From Ptychomitrium polyphyllum (lineage: Eukaryota), in assembly GCA_973851085.1 (NCBI GenBank), contig OZ316776.1, positions 11,284,001 to 11,348,000 on the forward strand: a stretch of 64,000 bases of DNA, written 5' to 3'. Positions 34,864-49,400 of the stretch are shown here, in pieces. The notes under the pieces were generated by a model, which was not told the DNA's origin, searched no databases, and was given only the letters and a program-made list of their open reading frames with translations. Each line of letters begins with the position of its first letter. Position 1 is the stretch's first letter. The position numbers were made by a program, and so were the translations under genes.

Positions 34864-37800
34864 GTTGGAAAACTCTCTCTCTTCAGTATTCGAATCTGCT
34901 TGACAAGTACCAAACACAGCGTCAGATTCTCACCGTTGGAGGTGAAACACAACGATATCTCACAATTTCCTTCAAGAAAGCATGTGCACGAAATAGGTCC
35001 ATGACCACAAACTATCTCGTAATCCCAACTTCTTCTAAATATGAATCCATTGCCATCACAGCTTGCAGCAATTTGCACTACCATCAATTAAGCAGAACAA
35101 ACATTCTCGCGACCCTGAAATTGTGTTGGCTCTTCGAGTTTGTTCTTAACAAAAATTTCGTGTAAACTTAGTCTAATTCAAAGTTTCTTCTACCAAAGCC
35201 CCAAGGTCAAGTCACACATCGTGCAACACTCGTACTGCATCTTAAAAAGATAGTGAGATATTGGTAACCTACGACGCAGCACGAAACTGGACAAGGAAGC
35301 ACCACATGGAAAGACAGCATTAAGTGAAAATCGGTAGCCCAGACCCCAAAGTGACGAGAATTTCTAACACGCGCATCAAATCAAACAAGAACCGGCTAAA
35401 ACAAGGCACTACCCCAGAACTCAAGAACTGGCTTTCTATCCGTGTCAAAACAATGGAAATGCCCCAGAAAAGCAGATCAATGCATTCCGAAAGGAATGCA
35501 AACGCCATACCCGTCTCCGACGAAAGCCCTCAAATCTCCGGACAGAAAATTTCGAAACCCGATAGCGTGTGTCGACGCCCAACTCGAGTCGCACGTCGCA
35601 GGAACAAGACCTCCTCAAAGACGCCTTCCTAAGGAGAGATATCCTCAACACATCTAACTCCACCAATCAGTCGACAAACGCCACCACTCCCACTCAAGTG
35701 CAGTAAATCATGAACTAACAAGCCCAAAAGTCTAACCACTTTACGCAAACCTTTGCTTAGAAATCAACCGCAAAAGTCCACAGGTCCAGCCTGCCTTTTA
35801 CGCTTTCAATGCCGCGCACCGCACACATCCGCAAGATCCGACACAACGAACAGCACACCTACTCACCAAACGTTCAACACTTCACCCTGCGTTTATAACG
35901 ACGAGGCTGGGACCCACAGTCTCACGCCATGAGAGAAATCCCTCCACCAGTCCCCCCGTCAACGGCGCGACCTCAAGACCTGCACGGCTACCCTCGCACC
36001 CGCACCGTGCAGCGAGCTATGCGTTTTGGCAGCCTGTAAGATTCCGCGCCCGGATAGAAACGGGATTTGTGCGTGGGATTCGGGGGATGCAGGCCTGATA
36101 CTGTGTTGATGGCGTCCTTCCTTCCGTGTGTGCGGCGGAGATGGCATGGCGACATGTCCTGGCGACGCCGGCGTGGTGGTGGCTCATCGCAGGGTCCGCG
36201 TCGCGGCCGATCTCAGCGTCGCGACGCGGCCGCGCTTGCGCTTGGTTGCGTCCGTGGCGGTGTCTGACATCTAGGAAATCTTGCATGGTTTGGGAGATGT
36301 GACGTGAGGCGCAGTGTGCGTACATGTACATGCGAGCACCCCTTCACCCCTTGGGTGTGCTGCTGTGCAGGTGCGCGAAAGCGCGTTGACAACGACGCGG
36401 CGTGTTTGGGGCGTGTTTGGGGCGTGTTTGGTAATCTCGCGTTTCCTGGTGCGTTTCAGTCCCCCCTCGAGGTTTTGTTGAAGTGTTGCAGCTCTTGGCT
36501 GCAGTGTCAATTTAGTTGTGGACCTTATTTTACTTCGTGGTGGTGGCCCATCACTCTTCTCGCTTCTTTCTTTCTTTCTCTTTTTTTCTTTCTCTTTCTT
36601 TCTTCTTTCTATTTCTTTTGTCATTGTGACATGGGGTATGATATCAACATGAATGTACAATCATACCCCACATTGGTTTCATGGCATTACATTTACCTCA
36701 AGTTTGCATCAAAACTATATAGATTCAAACGCTGTGAAAATTCTAATGTAGTCCAAGCCATTTTGATTACCAAAGATTCATTTGAGCTCATATCCTTGAA
36801 TACCAACAAGCTTACTCCACCAGAAATCTAATCATTTTTACAATGTTAACATATTTCTACAAATTATAATAAGAGTGTAGTATTTTGGTGAACTAATGCA
36901 GTTAGTGTAAAGAAATTTGCATCAAACAACTCAATCAACCACTCAAAAAATGTAAAAATTTCTTCATTTAATTAAAATAGTGCTTCTTTGGCTACATCTT
37001 GCTTTGTAATTTAGAAACATGTGAAGATGCATCTCATTTTCTAATGTTTTAAAAAATAATTTAACATAGAATTTTTATTAGACTCAATTTGTGTGATCTT
37101 GATGGACTTGACTTTTGAGAAGGGGAATTAGACATGACAATTAGAAATTAGCTTAGAAATTTCTTTAACACAATTAGAATATAAAAAGAAAACCAGCTTT
37201 AAAAAAAATCTAATTCAAGTGTTTTTACTTTAATTACAAATCTATAAAATTATAAATATTTGTAATTAAAATATGGATTTTGAATGATTGATCATTCATT
37301 GATTTTACAGTTAAATAACCTAGTATTTTAGAACCAAAGATTAACATTGTATTCTAAAATTTTAGAAATAAAAAAAATTGATTAAATTTTTTTTGGCATT
37401 ATATATTGTTGCAAGTTAATATCACTACACACCAATTTTTCTTTTCATCAGTGCAAATAACAAGATATATATGTACACATATACATTTACATGTACTCTA
37501 TACTTCATAACCTTGCTATAAGTAGAGGATTCCAAAATATAACATGTGATAAGAACTAAGAAAGTTACACCTCTGCCTGGGCTCTTCAACATGTTTATCT
37601 GTACCTTAATAGAATTTGCACATAGAGGAAAGGGGTTCCTTGTAGTGCTCTTTCCCCTCCGCACTGTTCTCTTTACAGACTCATGTGGAGCGTCAATCAC
37701 TCAGCTCAGAGCTTGGTGATTGAAACTTGTATTCCAAGCCTCTGGACGCTTGTCGCTTGCAGTGTGCATTTAGTAAAATACATATCATGGACAGTGATGA

Positions 37801-39479
37801 TGAGTAATAAGATGAATGGGTCACCTATACTGTAACAGTAACTAGCATTCTCTTGTGAATGGTTCACTTTCCTAGAATCATTGCGTCAGTCACTGGCTTC
37901 CTTCTAGATCACCTGGCAGCAGAACTTGCAAGCTAAAAGACCATCATTCATCACTGTGGAGCAAGCATTTACTTGTTTCCAAAACCAAAGTACAACTCCA
38001 AATGTTGGTTTACATCCACATGAAGAAGTCTATGCAGAGAGCCTAAAAATATATTGTAGATTGTGAGGGGTGGACTGTGAAGAATCATGTGATTTCATAC
38101 ACAAACAAACTTTCAGATTCTGAACTACACATAGGAAGGGAGCTTTGTTGTTTGCATGGTGTTTATCATATGCATTAATCCAGCTTTCATTCCAATTGCG
38201 GTAATCTGATTGTTTATTAATTGTCCTTAAAAATTCCACTCATTTTTATCATGACAATTCACTTTCTGGTAGGATAGCGCTACTTAGCAAACACTATTTA
38301 GCAAAAATGCAAGTTGTAGGAATAAGGTTAGTGTCAAAAGCATACTAGAAAACCCTAGTAACAAAAAATTCTAGGAAAAGACACTTATTAATACTCTATG
38401 ATTCAAATACAATCACACACCATAAACACTTTTTTGAATGAAAGAAAAATATTGTTGTAGTCACATATAAGATTTGTTATTAAATAAAACATTTGGCAAG
38501 AAAAGTGACATGTGTCATCTTGCAATTGATTGAAATTGTATAATCTTATGTAGAAGTTGCAGTTTTGTTGCTAAAGTGACAAATTTGCTATATAACTACA
38601 GCATATAGTAATGGTATTTATTTAAAGCAATGACTAGTATTTATAGTATAATTATGAGCTCCAAAAGACACCATATTTTATAGCAGTCACAACAAGAATC
38701 AAATGTCTTGATGAAAAAGTAAGAAGAATAACAATAAGAAAGATCTCAAAATAATCATTTTAAATGAAACATCATTATCCCTTACATCTAAATCCTATGC
38801 TTGCATAACATAGGATAGAAGTACAAAGGTACTCCCTATATGGAAGGTAGAACCTTTTCTTTTTCTTGAACTTTTTTTAACCTACCAAAAAATTAGAGGA
38901 GAGACATAAACAATGCTTTGTCAACGGATTGGATGTTTGTAATATGTATCATCCCCATTAATTTAGATGGAAAATTGTAACCACACCTCTCACGCTGAAA
39001 GCTACTGTTGTAGTGTACAGTAAAGTTTTGAAAAATTGTGCATTCAACCTCAGATGGATGGTTAAAGCAACTAGCGTCAAGGTCTGCATAAGGTGGATGA
39101 GAGTGGGAGTATCAAAGTGGGAGTGCAGGTATGCCTACTTGTTCATATTGGATACGCCCTCCTGTGAACATATAAACTAATAAACACTCTTTTAATACTC
39201 AGAAACCAAACATCAAATTCACATATCATTGTTGCTCATCAGCATTGTTTTCATCCATGTGCTTCTAATTCAACAGAGTTCTTTGTAAACTGTTGGCAAA
39301 GCAAGGCATACAAAATAAATGTAGAAAACTGACACAACTCTCAAATAATGCCACGAAAGGAAGAAATGATCAACTCTATCCATACAAGGCTACGATTGAC
39401 ATCTGGATAACACACCAAAAAATGAACCAAGGTGCAAACACCACATCGCTACAACACTGAAAGACAACTGTATCTACAG

Positions 39480-39690
39480 AATATGGCCCCAGAAAACCAT
39501 CACCGTCCACAGAAAAAATGTATAATTCCAACCATTTTGTCAAAGACTAGCCCAGAACAGACGGCCACCTGGTGTGCCCTTTGCACAAACCCAGAGAAAT
39601 ACACACCTTCTGGTCGTTACAAGACCTACCAGTCAAACCTCGAAACAGACCATGGCACCATGCACAAGAACGTTGTGGCGCCCGAATGAG
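39480..39690 (+). mobile_element. possible LINE ORF2 C-terminal relic
   Basis: WCALCTNPE followed, after a frameshift, by NTHLLV resembles the CxxC...HLL zinc knuckle of LINE ORF2; A/C-rich strand. Confidence 0.3.
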
Positions 39691-40893
39691 CCCTTCAGAA
39701 AAAGCTCAACTGTGAAAGCTGAACCTCCGGAGCCGCATAATGGAGGCATGAATATTGCTGTGCAAACTCCTGGAAGCTTTCGACGGATGAAACTAAACAA
39801 CATCCAAAATTAAGCGAACGAAGTTAACGAACTAGCAGATTTGAGAGGATGAAGACATCCAATCAACCAGGAGGCCTTTGACAGTGTCCCGTGCACTCAT
39901 TGTTGCAGCAGCAACAGTCGTCGTCGTCTTCCATCAAATTGTTGTGCTCTTGCTTCAGATTCACCGTTGCTGCTTTAAAGCACGCCACCAGCTGCACTCA
40001 ATCTGCCCTCCCGCTGGCCCCTGCATTCTCCTTCTCTAATCTCTGGGTTGCTTCTCGCGAAGTTTTTCAGTTTTTCGTCACTTTCGATCGTTTTCTTCCT
40101 CTCCAGTGCCAGCCTAGTTGCTTTTGTCCGGAGTGTGTTTGGTTGAGCGCAAGCCACTCACGGCATTTGTTTGAGTAGGGTCGTTTTCGTAGTTGGTCAT
40201 TCCAGGTCTGTCATTCGTGGCTCATCTGTTGCTGCAATCAGAGGTCGTGGAGTGTTTTCTAGATCTTGGTGGCTTGTCGGTGGCTGTGGGGCGTTGAGAC
40301 GGTGTGTTTGTTGAAGAATGTGGGTGAGGTGTATTTTGTGCAGAATTTTCTCTCGTTTCGACACCTTCCTCTAGTTCCAGTTACGGTCCGAGGATTCCAT
40401 TAGAATTGATCATCTTCCCCTGTCTGTAGCAGTGATTTAGTCCATAGCCCATTGCCTGTTTGTCTTCCTGTCTGCTGCTCCCCAAGCGTTATTTATAAAA
40501 ATTCTTGGTGAAACTTCGCTCTGTTAAGATAGGCTTCTGTCTGTGAGTTTAATCACCCTCTTCGAACCTAGATTATTCTTAGAGTGGTGGTTGCTGGTTG
40601 AGTGCAATCTCAAGTGGACATAGTCAGCAGTTTGTTTTAGGTTCTTAACCGTTGGAGCTACTTTTAGAAGACTCATTGTTCACAAAGCGTATGTGCAAAG
40701 TTCTGCATTCGTCCAAATTCATCACTTTCTCTACCAGTTCTTCTTCATGGTATTTTTATCTTCTCCAATTCTAGCATAAATGTTAGGTTAGTGGAGATTT
40801 GAATTGGAGATGTCTAATCAAGTGACATTCTGAAGGCTGTTTCCTCATCGATCATCATCAGCGTGAGCACATCAGTTTCTGGATCTGTTCAAG

Positions 40894-41274
40894 ATGACTA
40901 CATTTGAGTTCATGAAGCAGAGGCTGGAGGATGCCTCGGAGCACCACCTGGTGAAGAAAGCAGGGAGTGTGCTCTTCCACATGGTCCTGGCAGTGTTGGC
41001 CCTCATTCTCACAGTCATGATTTGCGGCTACATTATCTATACCATCAGCTTCATCGTGCCCCCCTATTTCCACTTCATGTACGTGCACGGGCCTTACTCT
41101 TTCCTGGTGCTGCTGCTACTATGGGCTGCTGCTCTCACGAGGTACCTGGCCCTCTCGTCCGAGGATCCTCTGAATTTGAAATGGGAGATTCTCTTCTATG
41201 CTTTCTCAACGTTCCTCATGTTTACAGGAATCGGTGCTTTTGTGGTTCTCCCCTTTGTAAGCCATACCCCATGA
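40894..41274 (+). CDS. uncharacterised small membrane protein (126 aa, ~3 TM helices)
   Basis: Clean ORF with GC3-biased codons and three hydrophobic segments. Plausible 5'UTR intron (donor GTGAGG ~40324, acceptor CATCAG 40861) after a CT-rich leader. Confidence 0.65.
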   Translation: MTTFEFMKQRLEDASEHHLVKKAGSVLFHMVLAVLALILTVMICGYIIYTISFIVPPYFHFMYVHGPYSFLVLLLLWAAALTRYLALSSEDPLNLKWEILFYAFSTFLMFTGIGAFVVLPFVSHTP

Positions 41275-43601
41275 GACCATCAGCTTGACCTTCCTGCATT
41301 ATTATTGCATTAATTATTGAGTAGTTTCTTCAATACAATTTTTGAACATTTAGATTCAGATGTGGTATCCAAGGAGTGCGACATCCCTAAGACAGGGTAT
41401 GCTTGACGAAGATGAAGTTGGATTGGGAAGTGTGAACTTGGGATGCAACAGTTATTCTGTCCCACTTTGTCTGCAGAATGCTGACATTATGGTTCCAAGT
41501 CTGGTTCAGACCGCAATGGCGTTAGGTTCTCTTGTGCTGAAGCAATATACATATTTTTTTTTTTCTTTTTTCCCACATTTGGAGAGGTCTTTGAAGAACA
41601 GTTGAATTTCGGTTGTGGTGACGAGGTTGTGGCTTTTGAGGTCATTTTGATTGTAGTAGCGCAATGAGCTGTACTGTAAGCCAATTTTGTCTAAACTCTT
41701 GCACGATATGCTTTACGTGCATTGACTTGTAACGAAGCTGTTCCCGGAGTTTCATTTTGTGAGGGGTTTCCTCGTCTTATCTGTGTCTTTTTGAAGTTGG
41801 GTAATTTTGACACTTGATTGAAACGGGCATCCTCCACAAATGCCCTAAGTAATGTTAAGTATTGAAACCCGAAGATGCTAATCTTTGTTCTGACAAGAAG
41901 CAGTGCCCGTGATTGCTGCCAACTCTTTTTGTACGAGATTAAAAAACTCGTTCCATTCTCTGCATGTGCCTTTTCAAAGCCCCTACTTGGACATGATGCA
42001 TGACTTCCGCAACATTCGTTATGAATAGTCCACTTCTACTGCCTACCAATATACGGGTACCATTCTCAGAATTCTGATCACTTTGTCCTAGTATAAACCC
42101 TGGACGAGATAGCAGAGCACTAGCACGCCGGGAGCACACTCACCAGTGCGAACCAAAATCTGCACAAGCCTCCATCTTGACGTCAGCCGAGTACACAACA
42201 ATAAGGCCGATGGTTCATGCATGCCGTCAGAGTTGAACGATCATGGAAGTTAAGACGGATATCACTAACATCACGGGTAAAATCTTCAATCCGAGTGCCA
42301 GGATTCTGGAGAGGCATCTCACTGTCGTCGACTGTAAGTGGGAACCTTGAAGGCTTGGACAGTTCCATTCTCTGTTATTGCAGGCTATTGTTCGCCACTG
42401 TTATGAACATTTGTCGAAGATTCAACATGACTTGCAAGGCGCGGATTCTTCAAAGACTTGCTGTGTAATCACAGGGAAGGCTGTCGTTCAAAATTTTCAG
42501 ATGAACGATGGCCGTCTGATCTGGCACCCTGGACTTGCAACTTGGCGGCACTTCATGGCGATAGCAGATGGTTTTTCTCATTCTGTTCCAGGATCCTTCA
42601 TTTGTAGGCTCTCATTCATTAACTTCTTAACACAAATAAAGTGATGTGTTGCGCATTAGGATGTGTTAATCGACTTGTAGCCTTGTAGATAGTGCTACAA
42701 CAACTATTGTCCTTCCTGTGAGTACCAGTGATGAAGTATTCTCACAATAATTTTGGTACTAGAACAGAGTGTGATTAGAGTGATTGAAAGAATTTAGAGT
42801 AATTGTGGTAGTTTAGGTGTAATATAGCTTGTATTAACGTTTTAGTACCCAATATAGTGTGAATGGATGGAATAATAGTAAAATATTATTTTATAGAATT
42901 TTTAAAACATCTCTTCCGTTAACATCGTTGTTTTAACACATTTTAGCATTAAATGTTATTTTGATATTATACTTCTTATGCTAATTTAATAAGTGTTGAC
43001 CAAAAGTAATGAGGATTACCATAAAGTCTTATGTTTATATTGAATTTTGTAACAATAGTAATAGTACTAGAGTAGTAGATTGTTTGAGAGGGTGTCAATG
43101 GCCATTGTGCAATTTGATTGCTTTGATGAATTATCTTTCCATTGAAATTCATGGTTAATATATTTTGAAGTAGTTATCTTTATGAAATATTTTTGATGAA
43201 TACAACTTTTTCAATGTTTAATGATTTAAAAAGGTTTTGTATGACTATTCAATTTAATTCTCAATGACTTATTAATGATTTTGTATTAATTCCTTTTAAG
43301 GTTATTATCTAAGATTATTAAAATTTACATAAATTATATAACAATGTCCATATTTATTTAAAAGTTCTAAATGAAGCACTTTTGTATTTAAATTTTTCCA
43401 TTTAAGAATTAAAATATGTCTTTATTTTTTTATTTTGAGAAATTCATAATTTTTGGTTGAAAATTCATTTGCATAGTTTCCATTTAAATTTTTTTTTAGT
43501 TTGGCATGTACAAAAATAAGACTTAAAACCAAAAAAATTATAATTTTTTAATTTCATGCTTCAAATTTTTTATGATTTTGAGTTTTATTAAAATAAAACC
43601 A

Positions 43602-44652
43602 TTAAAATTTATTACCACCTCTCATACCTTTAGAACTTCTATATGGACTATTTACTTGAGATGCAAAATTCGTACCATTATTGTTTTTAACTTTAAAATC
43701 AACAATCTTTTCAACAAGGATACTTTGCATGTTTGTCAAAATATTCACAGATGTTGACAAAGTGTCCACTCGACTTCCCATTTTGTCTAAGTTTTGCCTC
43801 AATAGTCCAATATCATTTTGCAATGACCGAAATCCATTGTTAAGTGTATCTTCCAATTGTTGGTTCCACCTACAAATGCACATGAAGGAAAAACATTGTG
43901 CATTTCTACTGAAATTGGCATGCATTTTATATGAAGTTAAAACACATATTTTTTACTCGGACTCAGTAAGTTTGCATACTTTGTCCATCATTAACATTGA
44001 ACTTTGATAGTGCAATTCTTTGTACGCGCACAAAAATGAAGATTTTTTTTTGAAAACAATCTTTTCACACACAGGAAATATTGCAATGCCACATTGATAT
44101 AGCAAGCCAAAACATGCATCATTTCATTTCATTTCATGTATTCTATAATAACCGCAGTTTTGTTTATAATTACAACACTGTACATCTTGGTAGAATGAGC
44201 TTTGAATAACAGAATATAAATAAGTACCTCTGAGGAGAGAGAGAACTCATGGGCCTCCTGGGAAGCTCAGCAACAAGCTGCGTGCTGAGATTGAAATTGC
44301 GTTCAGAAGCTGGAATGCTGTAGTCTCTTCGTGGAGAAGACACGTGAGATCTCTCTTGTGGAGTTCGAGTTGGATGGGGGACCCTCTCTGGTGATTGTTC
44401 TCTAAATGGTCGAGAGACATGGGGATAATCATGGACCAAAGTCATCATCTCAGATGCCAATCTAGATTTTGGGTCATGCAGTGGTTTTTCCCGAGGGATT
44501 GACATGGCAATGGGCAAAACCCCGTCCTTTGATTTTGGTTGTTTGGATCGTCCATTTCTATGGAGCTTCTTATGATGATTAGTTTGAGTAGATTGAGTTC
44601 CTCGAAACATGCTCTTCTGTACTTTGGTCGCCTCATGGAGTAAGTTTATCAT
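43602..44652 (-). CDS. uncharacterised two-exon ORF (basic/Ser-Pro-rich N-part, coiled-coil C-part)
   Basis: Exons 44652-44228 and 43869-43602 join in frame through AG|GTAC...TGTAG|G (SPQR-WNQQLEDTLNNGFRSLQNDIGLLRQNLDKMGSRVDTL). Confidence 0.45.
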
Positions 44653-46433
44653 GCCACTACCTTAGGGCAGTCAATACAGTTGTATGATTCAAAGCATGTG
44701 ACTAGACCGGAATGAAACCTCTACAACAATCAGGTTGTACTGGTTCCCACTATGGATACTGTAGAAGGCTAAACCTCAACAACCGAAACGTAATACGTGG
44801 AGAGCATAATTAAGTTGACTTTTCACTCCATCACACCACCACAGTGAATCTTTGAGCATTCCAATAGCATTGTGCTGCATAGCCTTGTCACTGAGAGGAA
44901 CTCACATGAGCAGATCTATTTCATCAACTTGCACATATTTGTGCAAAGGCATCAAGCAGCCAACAAATAAGTTTCATTCCTGTCTTTTCTATGTTGTCGT
45001 TTGCTATAGTGAGCTATATGTGCCAAGTTAAACTCTGACTGCTAGTCTTTTCATAGTACCATGTAATTCAACCACAAATCGTATTTTGAGCTTCCAAAAT
45101 AATCCCGCATAATGGGACTTTTCAATCACCAAAAGCTACAAGAACACAGTGAGTCAACATCATATGATGGGAAGGGACAACAGAAGTGTACAATTTAGCA
45201 AATTGTAGAATCAGGAAGGGGATATAATGAAACATAGCCAGTGGGAGCCATGGAAAAAGTCCATTCACATCTCTCACATGTTCACTTACACTCCAATTTG
45301 CTTCTGCAGTAATCCATGTGTTTCACTAAGTAATGTTCCAACACAAATTACTACACGAGCTCCACCTGTTACATAACAGCTTGACTACCTGAGACCAATG
45401 TACACCACAAGACACCATATTCTTTCCACCAAACCAACTTACTATGCCATGACATCATTTCAACCCTGTTCTTGAATCAATGATATTTGAACAAGTTATT
45501 TTGATAAAACAAACAACCCATCTGTGAAAGCCTGAAAGTTTCATGGTGTGCAATCTCAACAATAATGTACACTGCAGCTGACAGGGTAGACAATCATCTT
45601 CTCTACTCTAGTATAAAACCACTCTCTGTCGATCTCCACAAACTCCTCAAAGATGAAAATTCGTTACCGTAGCTGTCTACGGCTTCGATATCAGAATACG
45701 ATCCTGCATCCCATGTAGAATTATCTGGCTCATATGTGATGCCAGATAGGATTCTGAGAGCACACAGATGGCAACGGTGGGGCATTTGATTGACCGCGTT
45801 CTGGCTAAAAGTGAAGGTTGTGAATGGGATTTCATAACCGATCACTTGGTAATCTGTGCTTTGAGGACTCAAAATATCATTGAAAGTCAGCTTCGTTATC
45901 AGGTTTAACAAACTTCGTGAAATTCTCCATTCTTAGCCTCCACGAAAATTAACTTATGGAGTAGGGATACCTTTCACAAGGCCCCAACGTACTGAGCCTC
46001 CAGATTGCACATATCGTTGCCTAATATATGATGCTACCTGGACAAGAGAAGGAACATGTAATTTTAATCAGGTCACAGTGAAAAAATTAATCAGCAGAAG
46101 TGTTAGTCAATTCATTCAACACACAGCACCACTCCATCACTCACTGTCTCCAAAACAACCAGCACTTTGCATTCACGAAGATGCCCGCACCACATCCGTG
46201 ACGCTCAAAGCAAACTTGCAAAATCGTCCACCACCAGATTCGAAGGCTTATTTCAGTCCTTACTCTCTAACCATGAACCACTTCCTTCACCATCAACTTC
46301 CTTTTTGCAAACAAACAAGTCTGAATCTGAGCAATAATAACCAAGAGCCCGTAGGCAAAAAACTGAAGCAACTGAAACAATTGCAAAAATTAGGAGGAAA
46401 AGGCAACAAGTGAAGGCATCTCATACGGAATCG

Positions 46434-49400
46434 TTAAAAAACATCAGATGTGAATGTGGCAGCCTCGTGGTCGTCCCATTCCAAGCCCTCAGCAGATTTG
46501 ACTGGATCTAGCTTTTCTGAAATAAGCTGCACTGGAGCTTCCAGTGGAGGTGGCACCGTGTTTCGAAGAAGCGGCCAGTTGATATCTTTGAAAAAAGGAT
46601 GGCTTTTGATATCGCTGGAGCCTCGGTAGGAGCCTAGCCTCTTCAATGGACTCCGTTGCAGAAGGTCTCTCATTAACTGCCTCACTTGCAAGCTCACAGG
46701 AATGCTTGCAGGAAAGATAACGTCCCTTTGTAGTACATTGGTGAAAGTCTTTTGCCGATTTTTCCCTCGAAATGGTGTGCGACCATAGAGCATCTCATAA
46801 ATCAAGATACCAAGAGCCCACCAATCCACGGCACTACTATGACCTTGTCCAGTGATAATTTCCTGCACAGAAATGACCATCCCAAAAACTTACATTAAGA
46901 ATTTTTATAGAACTTTGCTGTGTACATTCTAAAACTACTGTTGTTGCAAAATAATGAATTTTAAACAAGATGGACTGAGAAGGATGATTTGACTCACAGG
47001 TGCAATGTACTCCTCAGTACCAACAAAAGAGTTTGATGGCGTGACCGGCTCGGCAAAGAAGATAGGAGGTAGGGGACGCTTGAGCTTTCTGCGGGAATTA
47101 TCTGGAATATCTGGTTCTACAAGCTGCATAGGCCCCAAATGATATCATCAGGACAGAAAGATGGCGAAGCAGTTGAAAGTTAATAACCTTGTGCAAGGTT
47201 ATATGCTCAGCGACAAAATCGAAGCAAGAGAGTGGAACTCACCAGAGGCTTTGCGCAGGTCAAGAAAGACAAATCGAAATCCGTCAATTGAATGTGTCCA
47301 TCCTTCCGAAGTAGAATATTTTCTGGCTTCAAATCTCGGTAAACCACACCTGCGCAAACAGAGCCATTAATTTCACGAAATGCATGCATCATTCAGCAAT
47401 ATAAAAATCTGAAAAAATTGCCAGCTGGGTATTGCGAGGGTAATTACCAACGCAGTGAAGGTACTCAAGAGCAATAACAACTTCAGCCGCGAAGAATCGG
47501 ACCACGTCCTCAGTGAACACTTTTCGGGGTTGCCGTTCAAGAAGCAAGAAAAGCTCACTACCGGGGCAGAAATCGGTAATCAAGCAGATGTGCGTTTGAG
47601 TCTGCAGAATGTGAACCACCACAATCAAGCTCTACTTCCAGAATTCAAAACACAGCTTTGACGTTAAAATTCTAAAAGCATCTTTTGCTGAAAGAGGAGC
47701 AGAGAGATATGGACCTGAAAGGAGGAGTAGAGAGTGGGCAGAAACGGATGATCCAAAAGAGCCAGAATGTCCCTCTCTGCTCGTGCTCGATGAACCTTGT
47801 TGCGGTGCATCATCACACTTTTATCCATAGCTTTCATGGCAAACATCAACCCAGTGTCACGAAGCTCCACCAAATGTACACTGCGCAACCAAAACCGGAG
47901 TCATTGAGATCTTAAATTCTAACTCTATATATCCAACCAGAAACAAATCCAAATATAAAAAGCACAAGGTACCGAGCAAGCGAGAGTACCATCCCGTGTC
48001 ACCAGAACCAAGTGGTTTAATTGGACGGAAGTCTTTCAAGCCCAGGTTTACTCCGCTCTTGGTCAACTATCCAACACCAATTCACAACACGCATCAGTTT
48101 ACCAATCATGGTACAACAATGAGCATTGATACTAATTGATGTCTGATAGAGACAATTTTTGTTATACCTTTCTAATGGCATCCCACGAACGCGAGTTTTT
48201 ACTGTGCGGTTTCGGATACACTGGTAGTGAATGTTTGGACCACAAATCTTCTGGTTTCTGTTGTCCTCACACATCACACCACATAAAGACAAATAAGTAA
48301 CCTATAGGCACTAGAGATGATAACCGGGAACAGTGGTGAAAAGGGAAGCTTTTCGGCAGCTCAAAGTAAACCAGGCAAGGTACCATGTTTGCATCGGGAA
48401 GCTCCCGCACTGCACCGTCGATGTTGTTTGCCGTCTCTTGCACCACTTTCGCACCCTCTTTCTCAGTTTTCGCTGATAATCGTCGGCGTTCTGGCTCAAG
48501 GTATTCGCTTCCATCAAGTTGTACTCCAATAAAATATTGCAATTCTCCCTGCAAAGTCGCCAATCATAAGCAACTGAGGAATAAGTCCACCATTACATTT
48601 CCTGCATTTTCACTAAGAACTGGTAGAACCCCGAAAGGATCTGAAGAGCAGAATGTAAAACTCACATCCTGATCTCGCATAGCTTGCAAGTGAAACAAAT
48701 TCCAGAAGGGCTTCCCACTCTTGGTGTAATTGAGGAGCTGCACAGTGATGTCCTTCCGAGAAGCAATAGCCTCTCGGATTTGATTCACAACGGAGCGGTC
48801 CGTCTCTGGCCCTTGTAAGAAGCGGCAATTTCGGCCAAGAATCTCCTCTCGAGTGTACTCCGTGAGCTCAAGAAACTCATCAGAAGCAAAAATCTGTCAA
48901 CGCAAACCCGGTCCTTAGGTCATACTCGTTAGAAAAGCAGTAAAATACAGATACTCATGCAACCGTCGACGAAGGAAACAAGACATGAAAATACTTCCAC
49001 TTACAATGGGGTTATCTGGAAGACGTGGATCGGTAATGACAAAGTTTTTCGCGATACGTTCCAAGGTGGTGGCCAAGTCGATACCACGCCGAATCTCCTT
49101 ACTCCTTTCGACGTCCACGTCGAAGCTCTCCGCCCGCTCATCAGTGTCCACCATCCGCAGCTCGGGATCCATCTCAGGATCAAATCTAGGCTCCGGTTTT
49201 CCCAACCTACAGACACCACGAAACAATTTAGAAAATGCATTGTAACTCTATAACCTTAAACCCTAAACCCTCGGCAATTCATTTCAGGAGTTTAGAGCAT
49301 ACCCAAGGAGGGAGAGAAAGCCAGAAGATCGTCGGTTGCGCCGTGGGGGGTGTCCAGAGCGGGCGCCTAAATTGCCATGTGCAGCAACTTCAGCGACATT

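Noticed and set aside
35959..36831. ORFs of 100-175 aa upstream of the rhomboid gene
   Set aside because: GC-rich promoter plus a CT-rich low-complexity tract; the translations are not protein-like
49252..49271. AACCTTAAACCCTAAACCCT telomere-like run in a PHOT intron
   Set aside because: Only ~2.5 units and far from a TSS; no function can be supported
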